64,000 nt of DNA from Tetramitus jugosus (GCA_937625935.1 OW569372.1:414754-478753), one strand, 5' to 3'; shown: positions 10,820 through 23,423, numbered from the stretch's first letter. Made by a program: numbers and translations. Notes: generated by a model from the letters alone, not told the origin.

Positions 10820-11565
10820 ATGAATATTTTCAGACTATTTGGAGATTTACTCCATCTGTCCAGCATCTTCCTCCTACTCTACAAGCTCATCAAAATTAGA
10901 AATGCAAGAAACATTTCACTCAAAACACAACGACTCTACTTGCTCATCTTCTTAACAAGATATCCTGATCTATTCTTTTCCTATATTTCTCTCTATAATA
11001 CTGTGATGAAGGTATGACTGTTTGTTTGCTTGTTTTTCTTAAATGAACAAGATTTGATGGCTCATTTTGCTTTTTGATGATGTTTCATGGTTGTTTCATG
11101 GTTGTTTGTTAGATCTTTTTCCTGTGTTCGGCACTTGCTGTTGTCTACTATATCCAAGGACCCTACAGAGCGACATATAATGCTGAAGATGATATTTTCC
11201 CTGTGAAATACTTGATTCTCGGTGCAGCTGTCATGGCTTTTATTTTCCCTGATCGATACACGTTGTTTGAACTCTCGTGGACATTTTCCATCTTTTTGGA
11301 ATCGGTTGCTATTATGCCGCAGCTTCAAATGATGCAGTCATCGGGTGGTGCTGAAGCTCTGACTCATCATTACATTTTCTTGCTCGGTGGTTACAGAGCA
11401 CTGTATTTGTTAAATTGGATTTATCGATTTTTGTTCGAGAAATATACGCCATATAATGCATGGTTGGCCGGATTGATTCAAACAGCGCTTTATGCAGACT
11501 TTTTCTACATTTATGTTAAGAAGGTGTGGAGATCGGGTCGAGAGTCACTGCCATATGACAAGTAA
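10820..11565 (+). CDS. ERD2: ER lumen protein-retaining (KDEL/HDEL) receptor; intron 11012-11112
   Basis: MNIFRLFGDLLHL, ISLKTQ.LY..IF.TRY.DL, SLYNTVMK|IFF, WTFSIFLESVAIMPQL, LGGYRALY..NWIYR, QTALYADFFY. Confidence 0.95.
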
Positions 11566-11744
11566 TTGTTTGGGCAGAACAGAGCAAAGGAATGAAAAGA
11601 TGATATCTATGACACACATTTTGTTTTTCTTTACTTTTGATCAGCAATTACGGAATTCAACCATTAAAACCTAATCATGATTAGGATCAATCCTAACTTT
11701 CTATTTTCACATGTACACATTTTAATTTTGTTTATTGAACGCGC

Positions 11745-12611
11745 CTACTTATCCAATGAATCAAACAGCGCGTTCAATGTATTGTAAACGTGTTGACCCT
11801 TTGTTGTGGGAACACTCGCATTACTGTCGCTGTCACTATCAATAAAGGAGCATGTAGGTGTGACGCGAGACACATTGGACAAGAAACGATTGAGCTCCGT
11901 TGTAACACCAGGGTCCGTTCCCACAAACAAGTTCGGTTCCAACTGTCTAGCAATCGCAATTTGTCCTCGAGCTGTCTCACAGAACAAAATCTTGTGCTCA
12001 TTCAATCCATAATCACACAACGACAAACCATCCTGTGATGACGACGAAGAAGAAGACTTCATACACTCTACAATCATTCTCTCCTGTTCATCGCTTTGAA
12101 CTTGAGTCACAATATACAACTCACATTCCTGTGCCAATTTTTGCAGAGTGGCCAATTGAGTCCTCAATACGACTATTCTCTCATTCAGTGCATCTACACT
12201 AGAATTGACATCATCACCATTATCACTCACAATAACAACATTGTCTTCGGAACTAACTCTAGACAAGAAGCAATCTGCTGTTACAATCACACGCCATCCA
12301 GAGTAGACATGAGCCTTGTTTTTTCCTCTCTTGTTGCGCTGTAGTTGTTGATCGGCAGTGTTTGTTCGTTGTTCGTCATTTTCATTTTCGTTATCATTGC
12401 GATCATTCAATCCTTGTTGTTGTCGCTGTTGTCGTTGTTGTTGTCTATTTTTTGATCCGCCACCGGTGAGGACAACGAGGAGTAGGGGCAGAAAACCCAT
12501 GAGTACAACAATGATCCATCCCCAAGACATTTTGAGCGAGAAATTACGTTTCAGTAGTGAAGAATAAAATGATGGTTGTTTGATGGTGGTGGGATACGAG
12601 CCTTTTGGCAT
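11745..12611 (-). CDS. PEX22: Peroxin PEX22-like (plant-type), N-terminal TM anchor
   Basis: TM helix, then CELYIVTQVQSDEQE...HKILFCETARGQIAIARQLEP...ELNRFL, matching plant PEX22 motifs (KVLFCST..GR...RQLEP). Confidence 0.75.
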   Translation of the reverse strand: MPKGSYPTTIKQPSFYSSLLKRNFSLKMSWGWIIVVLMGFLPLLLVVLTGGGSKNRQQQRQQRQQQGLNDRNDNENENDEQRTNTADQQLQRNKRGKNKAHVYSGWRVIVTADCFLSRVSSEDNVVIVSDNGDDVNSSVDALNERIVVLRTQLATLQKLAQECELYIVTQVQSDEQERMIVECMKSSSSSSSQDGLSLCDYGLNEHKILFCETARGQIAIARQLEPNLFVGTDPGVTTELNRFLSNVSRVTPTCSFIDSDSDSNASVPTTKGQHVYNTLNALFDSLDK

Positions 12612-12815
12612 GAAGGAATGTTTTTAGGATCGATCGGAGAATGATGGAGTTTGTTTGATGGCTCCAGTTCACAGTTGAATTGCGCAACGCAAGTTTGTTG
12701 AACCACATGTGAAATTACACCGCAAACAACGCATTGCAATAATCACACACAAAACCAAACAACAACAATTCCATTTTTTTTATTCAATCGAACACTATCA
12801 TATATATAAGATAAC

Positions 12816-15110
12816 ATGGGTAGAACAAGGAAAAGAGCAGGAGCAGTCGGTCAAGCTCTCATGAACGCCAAAAACAAGCGCCACCAGAAAAATTATTCCG
12901 AGGTATGTTTTTTCCCTCCAAAAAATTCTCCGTTGTAATGCATAAGCTAACAGCCAGTTTAGAGACACACAACGGATCCATATGACTTGTCCAGTGGTCT
13001 ACGCATGGACTCTATCATTGAACAAAATGATCTTACAGAGTTCTTGTCGTATGCTACACTTGCCAATCGTGAATTTGCTGCTTCACATGATGAAAGCCTC
13101 ACACTTGTCGTCAATGATCAACCTCAAATTTTTTCAGTGAATCCACTCTCTCAGACACTTGAAGGTGAAACAGAGGAGGACGCCAAACGGAGAAGAGAAA
13201 AAATTGAGACAATGAATCTTGAAATTCCAAGACGTCCCAAATGGACGATCGACATGAGTGCAGAGGAGCTTCACGACATGGAAAGAGAAACATTTTTGCA
13301 TTGGCGGAGAAATTTGGCTTCCTTTGAACAGGACACGGATGCCACACTGACGCCATATGAAAAGAATTTGCACATGTGGAGGCAATTGTGGAGAGTCATT
13401 GAGAGAAGTGATGTGATTGTTCAGATTGTCGATTGCAGAAATCCACTCATGTTCCGATCCAAGGATCTCGAAAAGTATGTGCATGAGATTGATCAGGACA
13501 AGATGAATATTTTGTTGGTGAATAAATCGGATTTGTTGACCACGAAACAGAGATTCAAGTGGGCCAAGTACTTGAGAAATCAAGGTCTCAAGGTCATCTT
13601 CTTCTCTGCCTTCTTGGAACAGGACAAGATCAACAACACGACTCACTCCAAGGAAGAATTGCTAAAGATGCAACAGGATATGTTGGACAAGTTTGATATC
13701 AATGGATATGTCGATCCTGGAGAGGAAGACTGGACACACATTTATACCAGAGAGGAATTGTTGTGCTACTTTAAGAGTTTGATGAAGAATTTGGTGCCAA
13801 AGCTGAGAGAGAAGCAACGCAAGAGAGCAGCACTCATTAAATTTGCAAAGGCCAAACAATTGCAAGAACAGGAGGAGAAGAAGAAGAACAAGAAGAAGCG
13901 CAGACCAAGAAGAGATGGAGAAGGCAATGAGGATGAAGAGTCCACTCAAAAACCAGCTCCAGCAAAGAAATCTCAACAGAAGACTGTCGAAGTCGAGGAG
14001 GACTCAGATGATGATTTGGACCTGGTTAACGATCCAAACAACAAGGTTGTAGTTGGTATGGTGGGTTATCCAAACGTCGGTAAAAGTTCAGTGATTAACA
14101 CACTGTGTGGTCTCAAGAAGGTTGCTGTGGGATCTACTCCAGGTAAGACGAAACATTTCCAAACTCTACCTATTGGTAGACATGTGATGCTTTGTGATTG
14201 CCCTGGATTGGTGTTCCCATCAATGAGAACAACAAAGGAGGACATGGTGTGCGATGGTATCTTGCCTATTGATCAAATGAAGGATTATCGTCCCCCAATT
14301 GCTCTCGTCTGTCAGAGAATACCAAGAAGAGTGTTCGAACTGCTCTATGGTATTGATTTTGACAGTTACAAGAATAAGAATATTACCGAAATTCAGAAGA
14401 CCCTGAGATTGAAGCATTCTCAATATCAAAACAAACCACTAACAGTGGATGAATTGTTGACTGCGTTCGCTATGAGCAGAGGTCTCATGGCACAAAAGGG
14501 TGTTCCAAACTATCCTGGTACTTCAAGAGTTATTTTGAAGGATTATGTTGCTGGAAAGCTGCTGTATTGCCATCCTCCACCAAGTGATAAGATTGGTTTC
14601 AACGAAGGAAACGCATTTGATGAAGATGAGCTAATTGAAGATGAGGAAGAAGAAGAGTATGAAGAAGAAGAAGGCGATGAATTCTCTGATGATGAAGAAT
14701 ACTTTACAGAGAGTGAAGACGAAGAAGATGACATTGATGAACTGCTTGACAGCGATGGAGAGATTGCAGAAGATATGGAAACTATTATGAGAAACAAAGT
14801 GATTCACCAGTTCAACAAAGAGAACGTGCATTCTTCGCTATTGGATGAACGTGAACAAAAGTTGAGAGACAAGAGAAAGAAGATTCTGAAGAAGAAGAAG
14901 CAAAGACAAGTAGCATCAGGTGTCGACCAACCAATACAGGACGAAGACGAAGATGAAGAATTAACTGAGGAGCAAATCGAGTTCTTGAACCATAGCACGC
15001 AAGACTTGGAGATTGAACCAGTGATGAGTGCTCCTCCGAAGCTGAAGATGGAAGATCTCACACCAAAGCAACAAAAGAGAAAGTTGTTGATTTTGAAGAA
15101 CAAGAAATAA
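12816..15110 (+). CDS. LSG1: Large-subunit GTPase 1 (circularly permuted GTPase, 60S export); intron 12903-12962
   Basis: IPRRPKW, TPYEKNL.MWRQLWRVIERSD, NKSDLL (G4), GYPNVGKSS (G1), TPGKTKHFQT (G2), DCPG (G3). Upstream exon joins in frame. Confidence 0.95.
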
Positions 15111-15165
15111 ACATGAAATTTCCTTCACTTGCATGACAGCTGTCAGCGACTCAATATTTTATTGG

Positions 15166-16425
15166 TTAACTTGTTTCTTGTGTGTTGCTGTCTGGATGAG
15201 CTGCTACATGGAAATTGATTCTACTTTCTGTGCCCTTCCTCTTTGCCGAAGATCGTAACCACATAATTAAGTTGTATCGTTCTCCTTTTGTAAGCACAGT
15301 TGCACCGTGCATATGTGATCCATCGTGCATAATTGCCCTACCAATCACATGATCATACTCTGCATACTGAGTTCCCATACTTCTCGGATTGTCGGTCTTT
15401 CCCTGGAAGAATACGGCACCTCCTTCAAATCCCTCCCGTCCAAGACACACATTCAGTGTGAGCTCAGAGTCATCTACATGCAGATTCAACTTTACATCAC
15501 CAACTCCCCTTGCCTTGTACTCCACAATAAACGAGTGATGATCATCCAGAATCCATGCACCACGATTCAAGATTCGTGCTACATGACTGAAATAATCACA
15601 GACAAAACTGTCAAAGAATCGATTCAAACCCATCTCATCGCACACCACCCCAAAATTGTTCATTGAATTTGGTCTCAGGAAAATCTCATCTACAGTGCGC
15701 GAAAAATGCTGCACTTCTTCCAACAAGTGAACACAAAATTCACTCGTGAACAAATCAAAGGAATACACATCGGGACTCACCTCAAGAGTCAACCATTGCG
15801 AAAGTATGTCTCTCCTTGTAGAGTTAAACAATTTTTGAACTTGTAAAAATCGATCTCTGACCTGTAATTGTTCCTCTGTGAACTCCAAATCGTATTCCTC
15901 TTCTTCTTCTTCCTGTTCCTCATCTTCATTCTTCTCTTCTTTATTATCCTTATTATCTTTCTCTTGTAGCTCTTGTTGACTCAGCTTTTGCTTCTCAGCT
16001 TCTTCCTTTGCAAGCAAGAATTGCTTCTCTGCTTCTTCTTCCATGAGAAAAACAGTTTTACTCAGTTGTTGATACTCGATCAGAACTGGAGCTAACTGTT
16101 GGCATTGTTGAACAACTTGGAGAAATGTTGGATGGAGATGTTTCTCTGGATCCAATGTGTAAATGTCAGGGTGCAGTGGTTGATAGTCCTTGTGTTGATA
16201 TTCCAACGTCTCTCTGTACTGTGGCACAGCAAAGAGCTTTTGCTCTGTTGTTTGCTCTTGTTCTTTGTCTGCTTGTTGCTCACCGTGTTCATGGTGGTGG
16301 CTGTGATCGTGGTTGCAGCAGCTACTGTGGTCCTTGTGATCATGGTGGTGATCGCTACAAGAAGCATTTTTTTGTTCATGCGAATGGTGGTTGCATGTTT
16401 GGTGGCAGTGATGATGGTCCGACAT
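15166..16425 (-). CDS. 2-oxoglutarate/Fe(II) dioxygenase (OGFOD2/PLOD C-terminal-like) with a His/Cys-rich N-terminus
   Basis: RPNSMNNFG, HVDDSELTLNVCLG..FEGG, H.G.H.HGA, GERYNLIMW.RS (HxD...H...R triad). Confidence 0.88.
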   Translation of the reverse strand: MSDHHHCHQTCNHHSHEQKNASCSDHHHDHKDHSSCCNHDHSHHHEHGEQQADKEQEQTTEQKLFAVPQYRETLEYQHKDYQPLHPDIYTLDPEKHLHPTFLQVVQQCQQLAPVLIEYQQLSKTVFLMEEEAEKQFLLAKEEAEKQKLSQQELQEKDNKDNKEEKNEDEEQEEEEEEYDLEFTEEQLQVRDRFLQVQKLFNSTRRDILSQWLTLEVSPDVYSFDLFTSEFCVHLLEEVQHFSRTVDEIFLRPNSMNNFGVVCDEMGLNRFFDSFVCDYFSHVARILNRGAWILDDHHSFIVEYKARGVGDVKLNLHVDDSELTLNVCLGREGFEGGAVFFQGKTDNPRSMGTQYAEYDHVIGRAIMHDGSHMHGATVLTKGERYNLIMWLRSSAKRKGTESRINFHVAAHPDSNTQETS

Positions 16426-16555
16426 TCTTTGGTTTGGTTGATAATATTTTGAAGTTGAACATGAACGAAGAAGTTAATGAGAGAAAATTGGTTCAAATCG
16501 GGGCTTGAATTTTTTTGGTCTTCATAAGGTCTTGATTTAGTGAGCATGAGTTGAG

Positions 16556-18310
16556 TTACTCGTCAATTTGTTTCTTGTAAACACCCTTGTATTTACCCAG
16601 TGCAATGCCAAAGAACATGAAAGCACATACAGCAATCACACATAAGAGCACAACAAAGGGAATACTCACGAGGAAGGTGATGAGCACGGATTTGCTTACA
16701 ATGCCGAGAATCGAACCTCCATGATACAAGTTCGCACCTGTTGATAATCCTAGAGCCCAATACAGCCCAGATTGCTCAAACTTTGTAAAGTATGTGTCTG
16801 AAAACTGAGGAAGACTGCACTTGGTGGTTAATGATGCGTTCGTGGAGTTACTTAGTGCCTGAGCGAGTTTTTCGAGACCACAAGAGTCTCCAATAATGAT
16901 TGTGTTTCCACAATTATCACACGTGATCAGGTGCTTGTCATTGGCCGTAAATTGTGAGTAGAACAATTGTGATTGTCCTATCGTTGTCCTTGTGTTCATG
17001 TCCGAGTGAAACATGATGAAACTGCCGTTGTACTCTGTAGGATAATAGATGCTTGAGTTGTCATGGTAAGTGTAAGTTTGCATGAGGGTCGTAGAACAGG
17101 CAACGATGGAATCTCGATTCTGATCAAATAAATCATGTCGTGTTTCTTGTTGCCCATCAGACTCTGAGGCGCATGTACGATGTGAGTTCAGTTCAGTGTA
17201 GTTTGTAAACTCGGATGCTGACACAATGATGAATAAGTCTCTACTGAACGAGCTACCTTCTCCATAAAAAGAATCCCGAGTCACAGTATCTCTGTAGAAT
17301 GAAGTATAAAGGTTCTGCAGGAACCCCCGATCATCATCCTTGCATCTAACAAGGCGATACAGGAAAGGCAGAATGAGCGGTCGTAGTTTTAGGTCTGAAA
17401 GTGCCTTCGATACATATTCTTTCACTTCATTGAGACTAAAGTAAGATGGCATGCACTTACGAAACAACAGTGAATTAATCACTCTCTTTGACAAGTTTTC
17501 GACACTAGCGAACGCATCAGACACAGTTTTGCTGCACGCGACATCATCTTCACATTGTTTTAGTAATAAATTGCCAACAGATTGCACATAAGTATCCATT
17601 TGATAAGGTCTGTACTGCGTAGGGTTCATGACAGAGTCCACGACTACGAGAGATGTCACACTAGGACTCATTATCAACATGCGATTGATCACATAAGATC
17701 CATACCCGACTCCCACAAGTGACACTGTATCATTACCACTCTGCTTAAACTGTTGAATCGCATACAATACGTCCGAGGCGACCTGATTCGTCGAATATTC
17801 TTCAAAATTAATCTTTTGTTTCGTGTACTGTTCCATGCATCGATCAAACACTTGCCGATTCGTTGTTCGAAGAGTTGCTCCAGAACCCTTGCATTTCAGT
17901 TTACCTGACCCACCTGTGCCTCTATAGTCCATTACATAAATATCATACTTCTTATTCAACAACAAGAACAATTGATAAACATATTGAGAAGAGAATGTCT
18001 CTTCAGATGATTGTCCTGGTCCATCAGACAACAACCACAACTGGCGACGATTCTTGCGACGAGAGGACCGACTCTGCAGTCTTGTTATATGCAGTTTTAG
18101 ACTTGCTCCTTGTTGGGCACTTGACATGTGCAGCTTGGGAACAACCAGGTCAATGCATGAAGCATACTCGGAGTAAGACTTGGAACAACTGTACCATGGG
18201 AGCGATTCCGATAATGTGACGCCTGTGATACAAAACAGAAGGACAAGCAGGAAGAAAATCGCGACATGAACTTGAGTTCCTCTCATTTTTTTCTTTTTGT
18301 GACTTTTCAT
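16556..18310 (-). CDS. Secreted, membrane-anchored alpha/beta-hydrolase (TAP/proline-iminopeptidase-like), probably catalytically inactive
   Basis: Signal peptide, LWLLSDGPG, DYRGTGGS, elbow GVGYGS (Ser replaced by Gly), C-terminal TM. Confidence 0.75.
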   Translation of the reverse strand: MKSHKKKKMRGTQVHVAIFFLLVLLFCITGVTLSESLPWYSCSKSYSEYASCIDLVVPKLHMSSAQQGASLKLHITRLQSRSSRRKNRRQLWLLSDGPGQSSEETFSSQYVYQLFLLLNKKYDIYVMDYRGTGGSGKLKCKGSGATLRTTNRQVFDRCMEQYTKQKINFEEYSTNQVASDVLYAIQQFKQSGNDTVSLVGVGYGSYVINRMLIMSPSVTSLVVVDSVMNPTQYRPYQMDTYVQSVGNLLLKQCEDDVACSKTVSDAFASVENLSKRVINSLLFRKCMPSYFSLNEVKEYVSKALSDLKLRPLILPFLYRLVRCKDDDRGFLQNLYTSFYRDTVTRDSFYGEGSSFSRDLFIIVSASEFTNYTELNSHRTCASESDGQQETRHDLFDQNRDSIVACSTTLMQTYTYHDNSSIYYPTEYNGSFIMFHSDMNTRTTIGQSQLFYSQFTANDKHLITCDNCGNTIIIGDSCGLEKLAQALSNSTNASLTTKCSLPQFSDTYFTKFEQSGLYWALGLSTGANLYHGGSILGIVSKSVLITFLVSIPFVVLLCVIAVCAFMFFGIALGKYKGVYKKQIDE

Positions 18311-18416
18311 GTCAACTGTTCGGGAAAATAAAAGCGGAGTGCAAGGCAGATAACGGCTGGGTGAAAATTACGAATCATTTCTCTTGGTGATACGACTTAC
18401 AAAAATAATTTGAATA

Positions 18417-21050
18417 ATGAATGAACCTAGAGAAGATATGGGCCTTGAAGAATTTGAACTTTCTGATGAATCTTCGGGCAGCACGAAAGAGTTCCTGACA
18501 GTGAGAGAATTGGAAGAACAGAGTATTATAAATGGAGAGTTCGACAACAAGGAAATATTGTTGAAACGAAGTGACCAAAATGAGTTCCACATCTATCACC
18601 TACGTGAGCTAGAGAAGAACCGGAAGTATGTAACTCCGTCTGGTAATACAATTCAACGGATAGGAGAAGGAAAGATGTGGGTAAATTCACACACAAAGGT
18701 GGCGTTTGTTTCCAACACTCTAGAGGTAAGATTTATGTTTTTCTGTTCTATGTTTAACCTAAAACCTTCATTGACATTCTCTCTGTTGATATCTAGATAG
18801 AAGCTCTTCCTCTTTCTCTGAAAAAACAAAAAAACTCTCCAATATTACGATTGGACCCTGACACCCAGATCGATCTCACTCAAAGTTAGTAATGAATTTT
18901 CTTATTCTTATTCCGCTTCGATTTTATTCTGACCATCTTGTTTTCTAGATGAAACTGAATTCAAATCCTGGAATGAAAACATGTCAATCTTTACTCAATC
19001 TAAATTATTAAGTAACAGTCAAGAAGAAGATGACGGAGAGTGGTTATTCTCTCCAAACATTCGTCGTAGCAAGAAAGCAAAGAGTTTTGATTTTCAAACA
19101 ATTATGAATTTTGATATGGAGCAGGGAATGGATGGTCCACTACATGTACTGTCTCCCCCTCCTGAGGAAAACCTGAAACCCATCATGTTTGGTGTTTTGG
19201 ATCCATCTCAACTTCAATTTATCAGTCCTATCAGAAACCCTCAGAGCCAGGGAATGATTCGACCACTCACGACCCCTCAACAACAAGTTTTTCTCTCCGA
19301 CCACACAAGCAATGATACATCAACATGGGCACCAACCTCTCCTAGAGCAGCAAAATCCCCTAATTCTGTTTCTTCTCCACTAAAAGGATTGGATTATATG
19401 CCTAAAGTTTTTAATCCTTCTATTGGAAGTAGTCCAACTAAGAAAGTGACAAGAGATTCCAAGCCATTGGCTAATCCTACGAGAAAACCAGTCACCCAAC
19501 GTTCCTCGAATGTCGCTGCTTCGACCAGGAAAGTCGATCTCCAGCCCATTAATCAAAGAGGGACAAAATCAACGAATATTCCAACTTTAAGAACTCCTCA
19601 GCTGTCTGGCCATACAACTTTGAGTTTCTCCAACAGAACGCCTGCCAGAATTGCTGAATCTCAAAAGAAACCACCCGCGGTTTCTGTATCCTATGCCCAA
19701 CCTACAATCTCGGCTTCTATCAAAGCTCATCCTAAAGGCACGAATTCCCTTGATCGAAGCAACTGGAAGTTAATACAATGGAGAAAGGATCAAATGAAAG
19801 ATCCTCCAAAAGAGTTAGTCCGAAAGCCAGAAGAAAGAAGAAAACCTCAGAGTGAAGCTCCCAGAAAACATTTTAAGACGAAACCTCTCTACACTCCTAG
19901 AGGAAAATGTATCACTGATGACCTCTCGATATCCTTGAAGACAACCCAAGCTCCTTCTTTGTCCACAACACCACTGGTCCCAAGATCGCCAACATCACCG
20001 AGATCACCTCAGAGCAGAGACTGTGAGGACTCAAAATATGAAGTGGAAAGTATTGTTACAGCTCATAGTATCCTTGAAGATCTAATAGAGAAAGCTGTAG
20101 TATCTTCTAAAAGGTCGGAGATAGATCAAGAAGAAGTGATTCTTTATGGTGTAATGGAAAATATTCCTCAGGAACTATGCAGAAATATTAGATTGAATTG
20201 CTTGTTTAGGTGTCAGGTAGATGTTGAATTATATGACCAAGAACACTCTTCTGAGCCAGTGTTCGTAGAGCGCTCCGTAACAGCTTTTATGGAACTTGTA
20301 GACTCGATCCGAACTAGAAGTAGAGATAGCAATATAAGTGCTGAAAATATTGTGTGCGACGAAGACCAAACAGCAGTGAACAATGCTTACTACTATCTCT
20401 CAATTGGAAATTCGGTGCCTCTGCCCGATTGTTTGTTTGAAAAGGTTGTTCCTCTGAGACCTAGACAGTCATTCTGTAAAGTTAAACCTTTATTGAAATC
20501 AAAGTTCTGGTACATCATCAAACCAGAAATGGATGATTACGAACTGGTTTCCAAGGTAATTTTCACAACAGGACACATAGACAATATTCCCCAGATACGT
20601 GAATTTATAATGAACAGAAGTAATCGGCCCAATAGTGGTCAGACTCTGAACGATCTATTTGATAGATTGCTAAAGATAACAGATAGTAATATTATCACTT
20701 CTCCAATGAAAGAGCTCAAGAAGCAAGTAAAGGATACTCCAAAGATGAAGAACCGAGCTGGTATGGATGCTGTTACCCTTCCCTTCACTCCAACGAGTCC
20801 TAACGATATAGTAGTTGACGTGGACAAACTCAACACACCTCCTGACGAAAGAAACAAAAAACCAATGATGGTCCATCCCCCCACAAGTGAACTCACTCCT
20901 ATGAAAGAAAACCAGAACATCTCTTCCTGCACACCACCGACTTCTCCAACTCTCTCGCCACAAGTCGATACGGCACAAGCCAAGAAAGTCCAAAGTAACA
21001 ACAAAATCTCTCGTTATCTCAGAAGAATTCGTAAGAAATTTGGTCTCTGA
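18417..21050 (+). CDS. Hypothetical Pro/Ser-rich protein; introns 18726-18796 and 18885-18948
   Basis: Two GT-AG introns join ORF 18417 and ORF 18981 in frame (phases 0 and 1). Confidence 0.65.
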
Positions 21051-21055
21051 ATACA

Positions 21056-23263
21056 ATGAAGTCCTCTCTTCTGGTATTGCTCCGATCTTCATTTGCCCGT
21101 TGTGTGCACAAAAAATGGGACCAATCATCAAAAAGCATGAATAGTCACAGTGGACCAGTGAGTCTCAAGAGACAACTTTCTGGTGATGATTCATCACCCT
21201 CCAATAACAAGAAACTAAAAACAAGTGTTTTTCGCTTTCATGATTTGTTGAGTGATAGTCAATCGATCTTGCTGTCCTTGATCTTAAGCTTTTTGTCGTA
21301 CCCCTTCCTGATTCACAATGTCTCATTGGTGAATCAACAATTTCATGCACTGTCTATTGCTGCACTCGAGATTTTGTTTGAATATGAGCCAAATGGTCAT
21401 TATTCGCGCACAAGGAGCAATTCCATTGTCATAACAGATCGGTTTGGTTATGCTGGAGTGTTGGATCGGTTTAGAGCCAGTGTGAAACGATTAAAACTCG
21501 GTAGTTTCCGATTTAGTCGTGTTGTGAATGCCGATTTATTATCGAAGATTCTGTCGTGTGTTGAACCGGTTGTCAAGAGTTTGGATCTGAGTGAAATTTG
21601 TATAACAAGCACTATAGTGCTTCATTCTGTTGATGGTAGTAGTGATGACGATGTTAATGATGATGACGAAAGTAACACTGTTGAAAAAGATGGTCAATCC
21701 GCCCCAATACCCTTTGGACAATTGGAAAAATTGATTGTGCCAGACTCTTACAATATTAATCTTCTGGAGACATTTTGTCAGGGTGACCGTTCACGCTTTA
21801 AGCACCTGTTGCTGATCTCTCGAGGTTTATCCATCATGCATGGAGAAAGCTTCTCCTGTTTGAGATATGCAAACTTTGGTGGTGCGTTTGGGGATGGTAC
21901 TGTGGAAGAAATTCAAAGAATGAGACATCTCAGGCTTTTGATTTTACCAGAAATACCTAACACGAGCATTTTGGAAATTATTAGAACATCGTGTCCTCAG
22001 CTGGAAGTTCTAAAGCTTGCAATATCTTCTAAACTATGTCCCACAAGTGTTGCACCATTCAATTCGTTACAGAAGCTATCAATTCGATGCAATTTACAAA
22101 CCTTTACTCAGATATTCTCCTCAACTCATCCAAAACTATACTATTTATCATTACGAGTTGATCAGGGTGATTTAGAGCTTCCTACATCGATCGAATTACG
22201 GAATATTGCACTCAAATCTCTTAAAATGAAAGGGAAGACATATATTTCATTACTAAACTGTTTTAACACGAAGGCGCTAGAATATCTACATATGGACGCT
22301 GAGATACCGGATATAATGGGTTCGCATTTTGGAAATCTAAAGTGCTTGACAGGACAATTTCGTAAGAATCTTGATTTATCATGTTTGATCAAATGTAATG
22401 AAAAAACGCTACAATCATTGGAACTTACTGCTACTACTTCGGATGAATTGAACCTTAAAAACGTAGCACTTGCTACCAATTTGAGGCGCATTGTTCTTAG
22501 AAAGGCTCACATCAAACAATCGAAATCTGCTTTCGAATATTTTCAGAAAGAGTTTTCGAATATCAGATCGATAACTATAGAAAACGAGCAACGAGAATTG
22601 AGTTTTGACATGCCGGAAGAAAAGAAGTGTCTCTGGGAGTCATTAAGCATAAATATCAAATGCAATACATCTGTGAACAAAACACTGTTCGATAATGCCA
22701 TCTATCTCAAGCACTTAACTGTGATTTCAACAAAAGATTGCTCCTTTTGGCAAATTTCGGAGGCATTAAACAAGAGTAATATCAGAGTATTGCAGTCCCT
22801 TGATGTATCATTTACTGGAACAAAGCCAAACCCCTATTTATGCTTCTATGTTATTCCAGCATGTGTTCGTCGAATCAAAGTGCACTTTCTTCAAAAGTTT
22901 AAACTCAGAGAATGGCTTCTATTGATCACCTGTTGCCATTGGCAGGACCGAATTGAGTTTGAAGGTGTCAATCCAAAGGAAGACTTTATCGCCAAACAAC
23001 TCCTGGGAACAAAGTATCGGAAACAACTACGTGCCAAAAACTTTTGGGCGTTGGCCATGAAGAATCTACAGGATCAACTGCTGAAACTGTTGGAGAAAGA
23101 AACAATGATTTATGGATTCGACCGAGAGGTAAAACTCCAAGTCCAAAACACATTCAAGGAATTGTTGCAAGAAGACCAATTTAAGTTATCGCTCGTCAAT
23201 CAAGAGTCATTGCTCTTTGCCATTCGTTATCTACAGCAACTTTTAGTAAAGAGTATCAATTGA
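21056..23263 (+). CDS. F-box/leucine-rich-repeat protein
   Basis: LLSLILSFLSY..L...VSLVNQQF F-box, followed by repeated LxxLxL motifs. True start may be the downstream MNSHS. Confidence 0.75.
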   Translation: MKSSLLVLLRSSFARCVHKKWDQSSKSMNSHSGPVSLKRQLSGDDSSPSNNKKLKTSVFRFHDLLSDSQSILLSLILSFLSYPFLIHNVSLVNQQFHALSIAALEILFEYEPNGHYSRTRSNSIVITDRFGYAGVLDRFRASVKRLKLGSFRFSRVVNADLLSKILSCVEPVVKSLDLSEICITSTIVLHSVDGSSDDDVNDDDESNTVEKDGQSAPIPFGQLEKLIVPDSYNINLLETFCQGDRSRFKHLLLISRGLSIMHGESFSCLRYANFGGAFGDGTVEEIQRMRHLRLLILPEIPNTSILEIIRTSCPQLEVLKLAISSKLCPTSVAPFNSLQKLSIRCNLQTFTQIFSSTHPKLYYLSLRVDQGDLELPTSIELRNIALKSLKMKGKTYISLLNCFNTKALEYLHMDAEIPDIMGSHFGNLKCLTGQFRKNLDLSCLIKCNEKTLQSLELTATTSDELNLKNVALATNLRRIVLRKAHIKQSKSAFEYFQKEFSNIRSITIENEQRELSFDMPEEKKCLWESLSINIKCNTSVNKTLFDNAIYLKHLTVISTKDCSFWQISEALNKSNIRVLQSLDVSFTGTKPNPYLCFYVIPACVRRIKVHFLQKFKLREWLLLITCCHWQDRIEFEGVNPKEDFIAKQLLGTKYRKQLRAKNFWALAMKNLQDQLLKLLEKETMIYGFDREVKLQVQNTFKELLQEDQFKLSLVNQESLLFAIRYLQQLLVKSIN

Positions 23264-23423
23264 CTTCAAGATCTTTCAAGACATTATTGTAATCGCAACG
23301 GAAGTAGTCCGAACTTGACCAGAACGAACTTCGAAGAACATCAGAAATCCAAGAAAAAAAACAGATCTATTTGCCGAGGCTAAACAATTGAACTACTCCA
23401 AGAGTCTTTATTGAAAAAAAGTA

